In this document: piece by piece, positions 28,752 to 38,245 of the stretch
Layout: every line of letters begins with the position of its first letter
How positions within the stretch are numbered: position 1 is the stretch's first letter
NCBI GenBank assembly: GCA_965219685.1
Contig: CBDCOH010000002.1
Coordinates: 3,456,001-3,520,000, forward strand
Length of the DNA: 64,000 nucleotides
Reading direction: 5' to 3'
From: Candidatus Spongiisociaceae bacterium
Lineage (GTDB): Bacteria > Actinomycetota > Acidimicrobiia > Spongiisociales > Spongiisociaceae
The notes under the pieces: generated by a model
What the model was told of the DNA's origin: nothing
What the model saw: the letters and a program-made list of their open reading frames with translations, nothing else
Database searches by the model: none
Program-made: the position numbers and the translations under genes

Positions 28752-29609
28752 ATGTCTTTTACGCGAGTGCGCGCGATGGCGATCAGCGCCCTGGCGGCAG
28801 CGGTGGCGCTGGCCTCAACGGTCGGTCCGGCGGCTTCCGCCCTACATCAAGCCGCACTGCCCGATAGATGGGTGCTGGAGGCAGGCGAGGTTCTGACCCC
28901 CGGTCAGGCGCTGGTCTCCCCGAACGGCCGCACGAAGCTCCGATTGGATCATGACGGGGATCTGGTCCTCTACCGGGATGGCGCGCCCACGTGGTCGTCC
29001 GGCACCACGGGCACCGGCGCCGACAGAGTGATCATGCAGGCCGACGGCGAATTGGCACTCTACGGGCCGCTTGCCTACGGCGCCCAGCCCGTCTGGAGGT
29101 CGAACAGCGGAGGATTCCCGGGGGCGGTTCTGTCGGTGCAGGACGAGGGTGGGGCGGTGGTTCGCGGGCCGGAAACCCCGATCCTCTGGTCGGCAGCCCT
29201 TCCGGCCCCCGACGTGGGCCTTGCGGGCGTGAGGCACATCGTCTACGGGCGGGGTGATCAGATGGTGTGGTTGGTGGCGGCCGACGGCACGCTGTTCGAC
29301 TCCTATCCGGTCAGCGGTAGGGCCACCTACCCGCGACCGGGCCGCTACAACGTGTTCTCAAAGTCACGGTACACGCAATCTCGAACGGGAACCGTCCTGA
29401 TGGAATACATGGTGCGCTTCCTGAAACACTTGCCGGCCAGGTCGGTGGGTTTCCACACCATCCCCGTGACTCGTTCGGGAAGGCCCGTCCAGACGGTCGA
29501 CGAGCTGGGACAGTTCCGTTCGGCGGGATGCGTGCGCCAGCGGACCGACAAGGCCGAGCAGCTCTTCCACTGGACGCCGGTCGGGACGCCCGTGGTGGTA
29601 CTCGCCTGA
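28752..29609 (+). CDS. Secreted bulb-type lectin plus L,D-transpeptidase, paralog 2
   Basis: LVSPNGR..L..DGDLVLY..WSSGT, MQADGEL.LY; GFHTIP...SAGCVR. Confidence 0.85.
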   Translation: MSFTRVRAMAISALAAAVALASTVGPAASALHQAALPDRWVLEAGEVLTPGQALVSPNGRTKLRLDHDGDLVLYRDGAPTWSSGTTGTGADRVIMQADGELALYGPLAYGAQPVWRSNSGGFPGAVLSVQDEGGAVVRGPETPILWSAALPAPDVGLAGVRHIVYGRGDQMVWLVAADGTLFDSYPVSGRATYPRPGRYNVFSKSRYTQSRTGTVLMEYMVRFLKHLPARSVGFHTIPVTRSGRPVQTVDELGQFRSAGCVRQRTDKAEQLFHWTPVGTPVVVLA

Positions 29610-29690
29610 GGCCGTCCGAGGCTTGCGGTTGCCGGTAGCCCCTGTCCACTGATCTATTGTCTGGGGCCGAGCTAGTACGTAGGAGTTGCC

Positions 29691-30215
29691 ATGCCGTACA
29701 AGGAGACCTGGTTCGGGCGTTACTACGAGGACTTCGAGGTCGGTGACGTGTACCGCTCGCCGATCGGTCGCACCATCACCGAGGCGGACAACGTCTGGAT
29801 GACGTTGCTCACCATGAACACCAACCAGTCCCACTTCAACGACCATTACGCGGAGACCACCCCGTTCGGCAAACCGATCGTCAACTCGGGCGTGACGCTG
29901 GCCATCGTGCTGGGCATGAGCGTGATCGACACGTCACAGAAGGCTTTCGCCAACCTGGGCTGGGACCGGATCAAGCTGACCTATCCGGTGATGGTGGGCG
30001 ACACCCTCTACGTCGAGTCGCAGGTCCTCGACAAGCGGGAGTCGAAGTCCCGACCCTACGGCGGGATCGTGAAGGTCCGGACCCGAGGCCTCAACCAGGC
30101 GGGCAAGACGGTGCTGGTCTACGAGCGTTCGATCTTCATCTACAAACGGACCGCCACCCAGGACAAGGGCTACTGGCCGGAACCGGACGTTCCCATCGAG
30201 GAATTGGGCGTCTGA
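29691..30215 (+). CDS. MaoC family dehydratase
   Basis: GRYYEDFEVG, GRTITEADN, MNTNQSHF, ANLGW. Confidence 0.9.
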   Translation: MPYKETWFGRYYEDFEVGDVYRSPIGRTITEADNVWMTLLTMNTNQSHFNDHYAETTPFGKPIVNSGVTLAIVLGMSVIDTSQKAFANLGWDRIKLTYPVMVGDTLYVESQVLDKRESKSRPYGGIVKVRTRGLNQAGKTVLVYERSIFIYKRTATQDKGYWPEPDVPIEELGV

Positions 30216-31225
30216 TGGACCTCGATCTGTACATCTGGTCCGACTCCTTCCCCGAGTTGGAACAGGTGGCTGCATCGGCGGAGCGGGCCGGTTTCCGTAC
30301 GCTGTGGTCGGCGGAGTTGGACCGTTCCGCCTTCATCCCCGTGGCGGTGATGGCCCGGGCGACCTCCGAGATTCGTCTCGGTACTGGAATCGCGTGGGCG
30401 TTCCCCCGCAGCCCGATGGTCACAGCCCTGACGGCGCTGGATCTCGACGAGTTGTGCGGCGGGAGGCTGGTGCTCGGCCTGGGAAGCGGGGTCCGTCGCC
30501 TCAACGAAGCATGGCTGGACGTTGAATGGGACCGTCCCGTCCTGCGCCTGGACGACACCGTCCGCATCGTGCGCGCCTTGGTGGCCGGAGCGCATGAAGG
30601 CCGGCCGATCCGCCACGACGGGGCCGCATCGATCGACCTGCGCGGCTACCGGCGCGCCTTCCATCCGGCGCGCACGGAGATCCCCGTGTATCTGGCGGCG
30701 GTGGGGGAGCAGATGACCCGGCTCGCGGGCCGCACCGCCGACGGATGGCTGGCCCACGAACTCGGCTCTCCCGAGTACGTCCGGCGGCGGATCCTGCCCA
30801 ACATCCTGGACGGTCTGGCCCGGGCAGGTCGAGAGCGTGACCGGATCGACCTGGTGGCGTCGGCCTGCGGCATGGTCCTACCCGACGGTAGGGAAGCCCT
30901 GCGCAACACAGCCGGGCTGGTGGCCTTCTACGCGTCGGTGAAGACCTACACCGCGTTCTTCGCCTTCCATGGATTCGAGCATGAGGCGCGACGCATCCAG
31001 GCTTTGTTCAGGCAGGGTGACATCCGGGGGATGATCGAAGCGGTCCCCGACGAGATGGTCGACACGCTCACGATCTCGGGAACGCCCGACCGTGCCAGGG
31101 AAAAACTCGCCGCCTACGAAGGCCTGGTAGACACGGTCAAGCTCAGCCCCCCCACGCACTTCGTATCGAAGGAAGTCACCCGAGCCGCCCAGCAGTCTCT
31201 GATAGATACGTTCGGTAGTCGGTAG
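30215..31225 (+). CDS. LLM-class (probably F420-dependent) oxidoreductase
   Basis: LGTGIAWAFPRSP, GRLVLGLGSG, PVYLAAVG..M.RLAG..ADG. Confidence 0.88.
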   Translation: MDLDLYIWSDSFPELEQVAASAERAGFRTLWSAELDRSAFIPVAVMARATSEIRLGTGIAWAFPRSPMVTALTALDLDELCGGRLVLGLGSGVRRLNEAWLDVEWDRPVLRLDDTVRIVRALVAGAHEGRPIRHDGAASIDLRGYRRAFHPARTEIPVYLAAVGEQMTRLAGRTADGWLAHELGSPEYVRRRILPNILDGLARAGRERDRIDLVASACGMVLPDGREALRNTAGLVAFYASVKTYTAFFAFHGFEHEARRIQALFRQGDIRGMIEAVPDEMVDTLTISGTPDRAREKLAAYEGLVDTVKLSPPTHFVSKEVTRAAQQSLIDTFGSR

Positions 31226-31349
31226 TCGGTCGCACCGGTTGATCAGTGGGGCTGCAAGGAGAGGATGTTGCTCGCTGGCCAAGCGCAAAGTACGACCCCT
31301 CGCTTGAGCCTGTCAGTGGCCAGTGACCTGAATCCCTCCGCGACCCGAG

Positions 31350-31520
31350 TCACCTCAGCACCGCGATGATGATCGCCGCTGCGCTTGCCACTAGCCCGGT
31401 CATCCATCCGACGATCCACCGGGTCTGCTCGGCGAAGCGCTTCTCGATATCGGCGCGGAGGCCGGAGATGGCGGCGTCGAGCCGGTCCTGGCTCACGTAC
31501 CGATCAGTAGCGGTGGACAC
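31350..31520 (-). CDS. 56-aa coiled-coil protein with C-terminal TM, paralog 2
   Basis: GTG start after a purine-rich RBS (GAGGGAGGGAG); MSTATDRYVSQDRLDAAISGLRADIEKRFAEQTRWIVGWMTGLVASAAAIIIAVLR. Confidence 0.78.
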   Translation of the reverse strand: MSTATDRYVSQDRLDAAISGLRADIEKRFAEQTRWIVGWMTGLVASAAAIIIAVLR

Positions 31521-31585
31521 AGACTCTCCCTCCCTCTCTTCCCCACCCTACCTAGCTACCAGCAGTAGTCAAAAGGAGTTATCAT

Positions 31586-31627
31586 TCACCATTCACCATT
31601 CACCATTCACCATTCACCATTCACCAC
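31586..31627 (+). repeat. (TCACCAT)x5 + TCACCAC
   Basis: Counted directly; abuts the acyl-CoA dehydrogenase stop. Confidence 0.95.
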
Positions 31628-32791
31628 TCAATCAATCACCGCTCGCTCCGACACCAGGCCCTTGGCGATCACCATCTTCATGATGTCGTTGGTGCCCTCG
31701 CCTATCACCATGAGGGGCGCATCGCGGTAGAGACGCTCGATGTCCAGTTCCTGGGAGTAGCCCATCCCGCCGTGGATCCGCATCGAGTCGAGGGAGTTCT
31801 CGACGCCGGCCTCGGATGCGAAGTACTTGGCCATTCCCGCCTCGATGTCGACCCGCTTGCCCTTGTCCGCCTCGGCGGCCGCCCACCAGGTGAGCAGCCG
31901 CGCCGCCTGCACCTTCGTGGCCATCTCGGCGAGCTTGAGCTGGATGGCCTGGAACCCGGAGATGGGCTTGCCGAACGCGTGCCGCTCCTTGCTGTACGCG
32001 AGGGCCTGGCTGTAGGCCTCCTGGGCTATGCCGACGCCCCGCGCGGCGATGTTGATGCGCCCGATCTCGAGGCCGCTCAGCACCTGCTGCAGGCCGCGGC
32101 CCTCCACGCCACCCAACAGGTTCGCCGAGGGAACCCTCACGTCGTCGAGCCGCACCTCGCAACTCTCGGTCCCCTTGTATCCGAGCTTGGGAAGATCGCG
32201 CGACACCTCGAAGCCCGGCGTGCCGCCGTCGACGAGGAGCACGCTCATGCCCCGATGGGCCGGCACGGCTCCGGGATCGGTCTTCACGAGCACCGGTAGC
32301 GGGTCGGCGAAGCGGGCGTTGGTGATCCACATCTTGGTACCGCTGATGATGTAGTCGTCACCGTCGCGGACCGCCCGGGTCTTGATCCCCTGCAGGTCGG
32401 TTCCGGCATCGGGCTCGGTGAGGGCGAGCCCCGTACGCCTTTCCCCGGTCGCGAGGTCCGGCAGGTACGTCGCCCGTTGTTGCTCGGTCCCGTGCTTGGC
32501 GATCATGAAGCACGAAAGGCTGTGGCTTCCCAGGATCCCGGCTATCCCCATCCACCCGCGGCTGATCTCCTCGAACACGATGGCCAGGGTGATCAGGTCG
32601 GCGCCCAGGCCGCCGTACTCCTCGGGAACGGTGAGCCCGAACAGGCCCAGTTGCTTCATAGTCGCGACTATCTCGGTGGGGTAGCGGCCGCTGTGCTCCC
32701 ACTCGATGGCAACGGGCCGTATCTCGCGGTTGACGAAGTCGCGAACGGTGGAGCGAAACAGCGCGTGCTCCTCGCTCAGGCTGAAGTCCAT
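31628..32791 (-). CDS. Acyl-CoA dehydrogenase
   Basis: ALTEPDAGTD, GTKMWITN, FQAIQLKLA, HGGMGY, IGEGTN; start ATG 32791. Confidence 0.95.
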   Translation of the reverse strand: MDFSLSEEHALFRSTVRDFVNREIRPVAIEWEHSGRYPTEIVATMKQLGLFGLTVPEEYGGLGADLITLAIVFEEISRGWMGIAGILGSHSLSCFMIAKHGTEQQRATYLPDLATGERRTGLALTEPDAGTDLQGIKTRAVRDGDDYIISGTKMWITNARFADPLPVLVKTDPGAVPAHRGMSVLLVDGGTPGFEVSRDLPKLGYKGTESCEVRLDDVRVPSANLLGGVEGRGLQQVLSGLEIGRINIAARGVGIAQEAYSQALAYSKERHAFGKPISGFQAIQLKLAEMATKVQAARLLTWWAAAEADKGKRVDIEAGMAKYFASEAGVENSLDSMRIHGGMGYSQELDIERLYRDAPLMVIGEGTNDIMKMVIAKGLVSERAVID

Positions 32792-33180
32792 CAGTTCACC
32801 TCCGGGTCGGTTTCGAAAACGGGAAGGTTCCGGCCATCGGCCAGCGGTGTCCACGCCAGCCGGACCGGCGCGTCACAGCGTACGCCGGTTCCGGTCACGG
32901 TAGCCAGGATACGGGGTCCCTCGTCGAGGGTAACGATGGCGATCGTGTAGGGCGGCTCGAACGTGGCGGGATCCGGTGACCGGTGGCTGTGAGTGAACGA
33001 GTAGATGGTGCCGAGGCCCGCCGCTTCCACCCATCCCAGGTCTGTCCCTCCGCAGCGCACGCACATCGCTCGCGGGTAGTGCTGCCTGTGCCCGCACGAT
33101 CCGCAGCATTGGACCAGCAGGCGGCGTTCCCGGGTGGCCTCCCACCATTGCCGCGCTTCGGGGGAGACATCGGGCATCAT
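32791..33180 (-). CDS. DUF35/ChsH2-like Zn-ribbon OB-fold protein
   Basis: QCC..CG....YPR..C..CG, GTIYSFT, V.LDEGPR; partner of the adjacent thiolase. Confidence 0.9.
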   Translation of the reverse strand: MMPDVSPEARQWWEATRERRLLVQCCGSCGHRQHYPRAMCVRCGGTDLGWVEAAGLGTIYSFTHSHRSPDPATFEPPYTIAIVTLDEGPRILATVTGTGVRCDAPVRLAWTPLADGRNLPVFETDPEVN

Positions 33181-34328
33181 CGGTCCACTCCCAGGATCAC
33201 CGTCCCGTGGGTGGAGAGCAGGCCACCGGTGCCGTGGGCCAGGGCCAGTTCCGCGCCCGGCGCCTGCCGGTCGCCCGCATCGCCCCTCAACTGGCGGACC
33301 GCCTCGACCAGCAGCAGCACCCCGTACATGCCGGGATGGCAATAGGACAGGCCACCCCCGTTGGTGTTCATCGGAAAGGTCCCGCCAGGCCGGGTGCGGC
33401 CGTCCGCCACGAATGCCCCTCCCTCGCCGCGCCCGCAGAAGCCGAGGGCTTCGAGGGTGAGGAGGACCGTGATGGTGAAGCTGTCGTACAACTCGACGAC
33501 ATCGACGTCCTGCGGTCCCACACCGGCCTCGGCGAAGGCCCGGGCGCCGGCCTCCACCGCTCCGGTCCGGGTCAGGTCCGGGATCTGTGACATCGATATG
33601 TGGGTCGTGCTCTGGCCGCACCCGAGGACCCTGACCGGCGGCATCGGCATGTCCCGGGCCCGGTCCAGGGAGGTGAGCACCACGGCGCCTCCCCCGTCGA
33701 CCACCAGGCAGCAGTCCAACCTGTGGAGCGGCGTGGAGATCATGGGGGAGGCCATCACGTCGTCCACCGTGATGGAACCGGCCCCGTAGCGGTAGGCCTT
33801 CGGGTTGAGCAGTGCCCACTCGCGGGCGGCAACGGCGATCTCCGCCAGTTGCTCGCCGGTCGTTCCGTACTCGTGGAAGTGCCGCTGGGCTGCCATGGCG
33901 TACAGCGACAGGGGGCTCAGCACCCCGTAAGGCGCCTCGTACTGGGTGCTCGGCGTGTGGGCCTCGGCCACCCCTCCGAGCCGGCGGCTGGCCGCCGAAC
34001 GCTGGTTGGAGCCGTAGGAGATGAGCACCGCTTCGCATCGTCCGGAGCGGATCGCGTCGACAGCCGCCCCCACCATGAACTCGAAGGAGGACCCGCCCTC
34101 CATCGTCGAGGAGACCCATGCCGGTTGCAGCCCCCAGTACTCGGCCATCGCCGTGGCGCTGAAGCGTTCCACCCCGGTGGTGGCGAGCCCGTCCACGTCG
34201 GAGAAGCCCAAGCCGGCTTCGCCCAGGGCGGCCCGCGCCGCCTGGGTCTGGAGTTGGTAGATGGACAGTCCCGTGACGCCGAGATCGGACTCGCCGACGC
34301 CCACCGCCGCAACCTCCCGGTCAGGCAC
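33177..34328 (-). CDS. SCP-x/Ltp-type thiolase family protein
   Basis: LDCCLVVDGG, VELYDSFT, NTNGGGLSYCHPG. Confidence 0.9.
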   Translation of the reverse strand: MPDREVAAVGVGESDLGVTGLSIYQLQTQAARAALGEAGLGFSDVDGLATTGVERFSATAMAEYWGLQPAWVSSTMEGGSSFEFMVGAAVDAIRSGRCEAVLISYGSNQRSAASRRLGGVAEAHTPSTQYEAPYGVLSPLSLYAMAAQRHFHEYGTTGEQLAEIAVAAREWALLNPKAYRYGAGSITVDDVMASPMISTPLHRLDCCLVVDGGGAVVLTSLDRARDMPMPPVRVLGCGQSTTHISMSQIPDLTRTGAVEAGARAFAEAGVGPQDVDVVELYDSFTITVLLTLEALGFCGRGEGGAFVADGRTRPGGTFPMNTNGGGLSYCHPGMYGVLLLVEAVRQLRGDAGDRQAPGAELALAHGTGGLLSTHGTVILGVDR

Positions 34329-34340
34329 CGTCGCTACCGC

Positions 34341-35534
34341 CTAGGAGGGGAGAGCCATGGCCAGAGGGTCGATCTCGATTAGGAACTCCTTCCTCAGCAG
34401 CGAGTGGCACAGGGCGCCGGTCGACGCCGGCCACGGCTCGGCGAGGAGCCTCCTGCGCACCCCTGCCACCCCCCGGTATCCCCTCAGGCCCTCCGGCGTC
34501 ACGTACTCGATGGTCTTGATCAGGTTGCGGGGCCCCATCCCGGCCGCCTCGAGGACCTTCAGAATGTTGGAGTAGGTGTACTCGGCCTGGGCGGCCACGT
34601 CCCCCGGAAACAGCGCCCGGCCGGTCTCAGGGTCGAGAGCGGCCTGGCCGGACATGAACAGCATGTCGCCGGCCCGCACGGCGGGGGAGTAGGTGAGGCG
34701 CTGGTAGCGGTCCCATCCAGGGTTGACCGCCGCAGCCTCGGCGCGGGAGGCGGTGAAATCGTACGAGATCAGGACCCGGTCGTCGCTCGCCACCCTTTCC
34801 TGGAGTATCCCGGCCGCGCCCGGATACACCGGTCCCAGGAACTCCCGGCGGGGGCGGCCCGTGTACCGGTAACCCTCCAGCGCTTCGGGACGGATCATCT
34901 CCAGGGTCTTCACGACGTTGCTCATGCCGAGCCCACAGGCCCCGAGTACCCGCTCGGCGTTGCGGAAGATCTGGCGGACCTGCGCTTCGGGGTCGCCCTC
35001 ACCTACCAGGTCGCCGGCATCGTCGTAAGGCAGGACGGTGCTCAGATACACGACGTCCCCGGCGGCGCGGGCCGGCGCCCAAGCCTCTCTCCCCCCGGTT
35101 CCCCCACCGCATGCCCGGCCGCCTCCCCGGTCGGCGGTCACTTCGATCTCGATCAGCGCAGCCGGCCTGAGCAGGCGATGGACGACCACTGTGTTCACCG
35201 CCGGTCGGCGCGGACCGAACACCTCCCCCCGGACGGCTTCGGCCGCGGCGTAGTGGTCCACTCCGGCGACGGTGACGTTCTCGACCACCCGTGTCACGTC
35301 CTCGAAGCCCAGGCCTGCGGCCCGCAGGATCGTTCCGATCTTGCGGTAGGCGGTGCGGGTCTGGTCGGCCATGTCCCCGTTGACCACGATCCGGGACCGC
35401 TCCGGGTCGTACTCCGAGGCCGAGTGGCCAGAGAGGGTGGCCCGGTCCGGCCCCAGCGATAGGCCAAGGGAGAAGGAATAGCGCGAGTAGTCGAACCACG
35501 GGAAGCTGTCGGGCCTGATCGCGGCGGGGGTCAT
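34341..35534 (-). CDS. Rid (YjgF/RidA) family protein with three tandem domains
   Basis: Three repeats of G..A...GD..AQ....NI..VL.AAG....V.K...EI; start ATG 35534 overlaps the upstream stop. Confidence 0.8.
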   Translation of the reverse strand: MTPAAIRPDSFPWFDYSRYSFSLGLSLGPDRATLSGHSASEYDPERSRIVVNGDMADQTRTAYRKIGTILRAAGLGFEDVTRVVENVTVAGVDHYAAAEAVRGEVFGPRRPAVNTVVVHRLLRPAALIEIEVTADRGGGRACGGGTGGREAWAPARAAGDVVYLSTVLPYDDAGDLVGEGDPEAQVRQIFRNAERVLGACGLGMSNVVKTLEMIRPEALEGYRYTGRPRREFLGPVYPGAAGILQERVASDDRVLISYDFTASRAEAAAVNPGWDRYQRLTYSPAVRAGDMLFMSGQAALDPETGRALFPGDVAAQAEYTYSNILKVLEAAGMGPRNLIKTIEYVTPEGLRGYRGVAGVRRRLLAEPWPASTGALCHSLLRKEFLIEIDPLAMALPS

Positions 35535-36892
35535 GGACGGCTGGTCATGGACATGAGTTCCCCCACCGGCAGCGCGGCGTCCTCGATCACCAGCTTGGCG
35601 ATGCCCTCGGGGTTCTCGACCGAGCCCGCCACGTTCGACAGGAACTTGTCGAGCAGGGCGCCCTCGTCGACGGGTTGGCCGGGGGTGGCTGAACCCGTGG
35701 TCACGGTCCGGGAGATGGTTGTCCCGTCGTCGAGGGTGATGGTCACGTCTCCGGGCGCCTCCGCAAGCGACCCGTCGAAGGCTCGGCGATGCACGAACAC
35801 CTTGGCGGCCAGGCGGCGCACGTCCTCCCTCCCGAGTTGCTCCTCCGTGAAGTGGTCGACGCTTAGGTACCCGTCGAGGAGCATCGTGGCGACGTTCCAC
35901 TGCACGCTGAACTTGGCTTCGTGGGTCGTGCGGGGCCTGAGCCGGGACTCCCTGGGCTCGGCTACCACCACCAGGGAGTCCCTGGGCAGACCGATGTCGA
36001 TACGGCCGATGCGGCCCGGGTCCAGGTCGTCGGGTAGCAGGCCGAGGGTGTCGAGGGTGGCGTGGGAGTACTGGCAGACGGGATACGGCTTGGTGGTCAT
36101 CTGCGTCGCTTCCCAGGACTCTCCCAACCCGGTGGTGACCCCGCCGGTGTCCACCGTGGTGTCGGCATAGGCGCGGTACACCCCCCACCCGCCTTCGAGG
36201 ATGCTGGAGGGCCCGGTCGCGCCGCGGGCGGCCATGCGGGCGGCCATCACCGCCGAGAGTCCGGCCCAGCCGGGGTGGAGCGGCTTCGTCAAGGATGCGG
36301 TGGAGAGGAACTCGAGCGAGCCGGCAGCCTGGCTTCCGGCTATCCCGAGAGCGTTGACGGTCGCGCCCTCGTCGAGCCGGAGAAGGCGGGATGCGGCGAG
36401 GGTCGCTCCGAAGATGCCGACCACGCTGGTGGCGTGGAACCCCCGGTTGTGGAACTTCCGGGTGGCGGCCGCTCCGACCCGCACGGCCATCTCGACGCCG
36501 ACCACGTAGGCGTCGACCGCGGTGTCCAGAGTCGCGTCGACCACCTCGGAGACCGCCAGCACCGACGGGAGCACCGCGGCCGAGCCGTGGAGTATCGCCG
36601 CGGCGTGGGTGTCGTCGAAGTCGAGGGCATGGATGAGGGTGCCGTTGGCGAGCGCGGCCATCGGCGCCGGATGGAGGGTGCCATCTCCGAGGATGCTCGC
36701 CTCGGCGGGCGCCGTGTAGCTCATCGCCTCGGCAACGGCGAAGTTGACGGCCCCCAGCCGGGCCGCTGCCAGCCCGGTTCCCAAGGCGTCGAGCACATGC
36801 CACCTGGCGGCCCTCCTCACGTCGTCGGGGACGGCATGCAGCCGGGCGCTCCAGTCGGCGAATCGTTCGGTCAGGGTGGCTGGATCGGGCAT
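35531..36892 (-). CDS. MmgE/PrpD family protein
   Basis: NGTLIHALDFDDTH, GFHATS, KPLHPG, KPYPVC. Confidence 0.92.
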   Translation of the reverse strand: MPDPATLTERFADWSARLHAVPDDVRRAARWHVLDALGTGLAAARLGAVNFAVAEAMSYTAPAEASILGDGTLHPAPMAALANGTLIHALDFDDTHAAAILHGSAAVLPSVLAVSEVVDATLDTAVDAYVVGVEMAVRVGAAATRKFHNRGFHATSVVGIFGATLAASRLLRLDEGATVNALGIAGSQAAGSLEFLSTASLTKPLHPGWAGLSAVMAARMAARGATGPSSILEGGWGVYRAYADTTVDTGGVTTGLGESWEATQMTTKPYPVCQYSHATLDTLGLLPDDLDPGRIGRIDIGLPRDSLVVVAEPRESRLRPRTTHEAKFSVQWNVATMLLDGYLSVDHFTEEQLGREDVRRLAAKVFVHRRAFDGSLAEAPGDVTITLDDGTTISRTVTTGSATPGQPVDEGALLDKFLSNVAGSVENPEGIAKLVIEDAALPVGELMSMTSRP

Positions 36893-36897
36893 GGCGG

Positions 36898-38097
36898 CTA
36901 ACCGAGGGCGCCGCTGTCGCCGAGAGAGCGGATAGTGTCGCCGTCGTAGCCGAGCAGTCCTCCCAGTATCTCGTCCGCGTGCTCGTTGCGGCGGGGCGCT
37001 CTGGCGTAGGAGATGTCGTCCGGGTCGCCTACCCGGACCGGGCTGGCCACCGAGCCCACCGGCCCCAACACTTCGTTCGGCGTCTCCATCAGCAGCTTGC
37101 GGGCGGCGGTATGGGGATGGTTCAACGCCGCGGGCACGTCCTGGACAGGTCCGGTGGGGACACCTACCTCCTTCAGGCGGGCGATCCAGTACTCGGCGGG
37201 TTGGCGGGCGAACAACTCGTCGAGGATGGCGATGAGGGCGTCGCGATGCTCACCCCGGTCGGCGAAGGTCGCGTAGTCCGGATGATCGGCCAGTTCGGGG
37301 CGGCCCACCGTCTCCGCAACCCGGTCGAAGAACTTTTCCTTGGCGCAGCCGACCAGGAACCACTGCCCGTCGCTCCCCTGGAACAGCTGGAAGGGGACCA
37401 GAGACGGATGGGCAGACCGGGTGGTGCGGGAGGGAAGCCAACCCCGGCTGAGATGCCACGTCGCCGGGTAGGTGAGAAGCGACACGGCCACGTCGTACAG
37501 GCTGATATCGCAGTCCATCCCCTTGCCGTCGCGCCGGGCGGCGTGCACGCCGGTCAGGAGCGCGATCGCTGCGACGAACCCTCCCGAGTAGTCCACGAGG
37601 GAGATGCCGGTCTTGGTCGGCGGTCCGTCGGGTTCCCCGGTCAGGCTCATCCAGCCGGCCAGCCCCTGCAGGATGTAGTCGTAGCCGGGCTCGGCCGATA
37701 GCGGCCCGGTCATGCCGAATCCGCTCACCGACACGCAGACGATGCGCGGGTTGATCCCGCACAGATCGTCATAGCGGATCCGGAGCTTGGCCGGTACGTC
37801 CCCCCGCAGGTTCGACAGGACCGCGTCGCTCTTGGCCACCAGGTCCTCGAACACGCGGCGGCCCTCCGGGGTGGACAGGTTGAGGGAGAGGCTCTTCTTG
37901 TTCCGGTTGAAGGTCTCGAAGAACAGGCTGTCCTCGCCCTCCTGGAAGGGAGGGATGTAGCGGCCGACGTCGCCGCCGAACCGCGGGTCCTCGATCTTGA
38001 TGATCTCCGCACCCAGATCGGCGAGGTGGAGCGTGCTGAACGGACCCGCGCCGTACTGCTCGACGGCGACGACCCGTATGTCCTCCAGCGGTCTCAT
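36898..38097 (-). CDS. CaiB/BaiF family III CoA transferase
   Basis: AGPF, LADLGAEIIKIE, NRNKKS, GYD. Confidence 0.93.
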   Translation of the reverse strand: MRPLEDIRVVAVEQYGAGPFSTLHLADLGAEIIKIEDPRFGGDVGRYIPPFQEGEDSLFFETFNRNKKSLSLNLSTPEGRRVFEDLVAKSDAVLSNLRGDVPAKLRIRYDDLCGINPRIVCVSVSGFGMTGPLSAEPGYDYILQGLAGWMSLTGEPDGPPTKTGISLVDYSGGFVAAIALLTGVHAARRDGKGMDCDISLYDVAVSLLTYPATWHLSRGWLPSRTTRSAHPSLVPFQLFQGSDGQWFLVGCAKEKFFDRVAETVGRPELADHPDYATFADRGEHRDALIAILDELFARQPAEYWIARLKEVGVPTGPVQDVPAALNHPHTAARKLLMETPNEVLGPVGSVASPVRVGDPDDISYARAPRRNEHADEILGGLLGYDGDTIRSLGDSGALG

Positions 38098-38245
38098 ACT
38101 GCGTGGATCCTAGTTTGGTTGCCGGCGGCTGGTGGCTGCTCCCGGACACCGCGGGCGGGGCCGGTCCAGGCCCGGGGACTCGATGTGGGCGGGAGCTTAC
38201 GGAACATATGGGGCCACCGGCGGCCGCACCTTCAGGGAACCATGT

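Noticed and set aside
34341-36803. 820-aa ORF, and similar long fusions 32791-34119 and 40794-42809
   Set aside because: The N-terminal parts are alternative frames of upstream genes; the real starts are 35534, 33180 and 41802.
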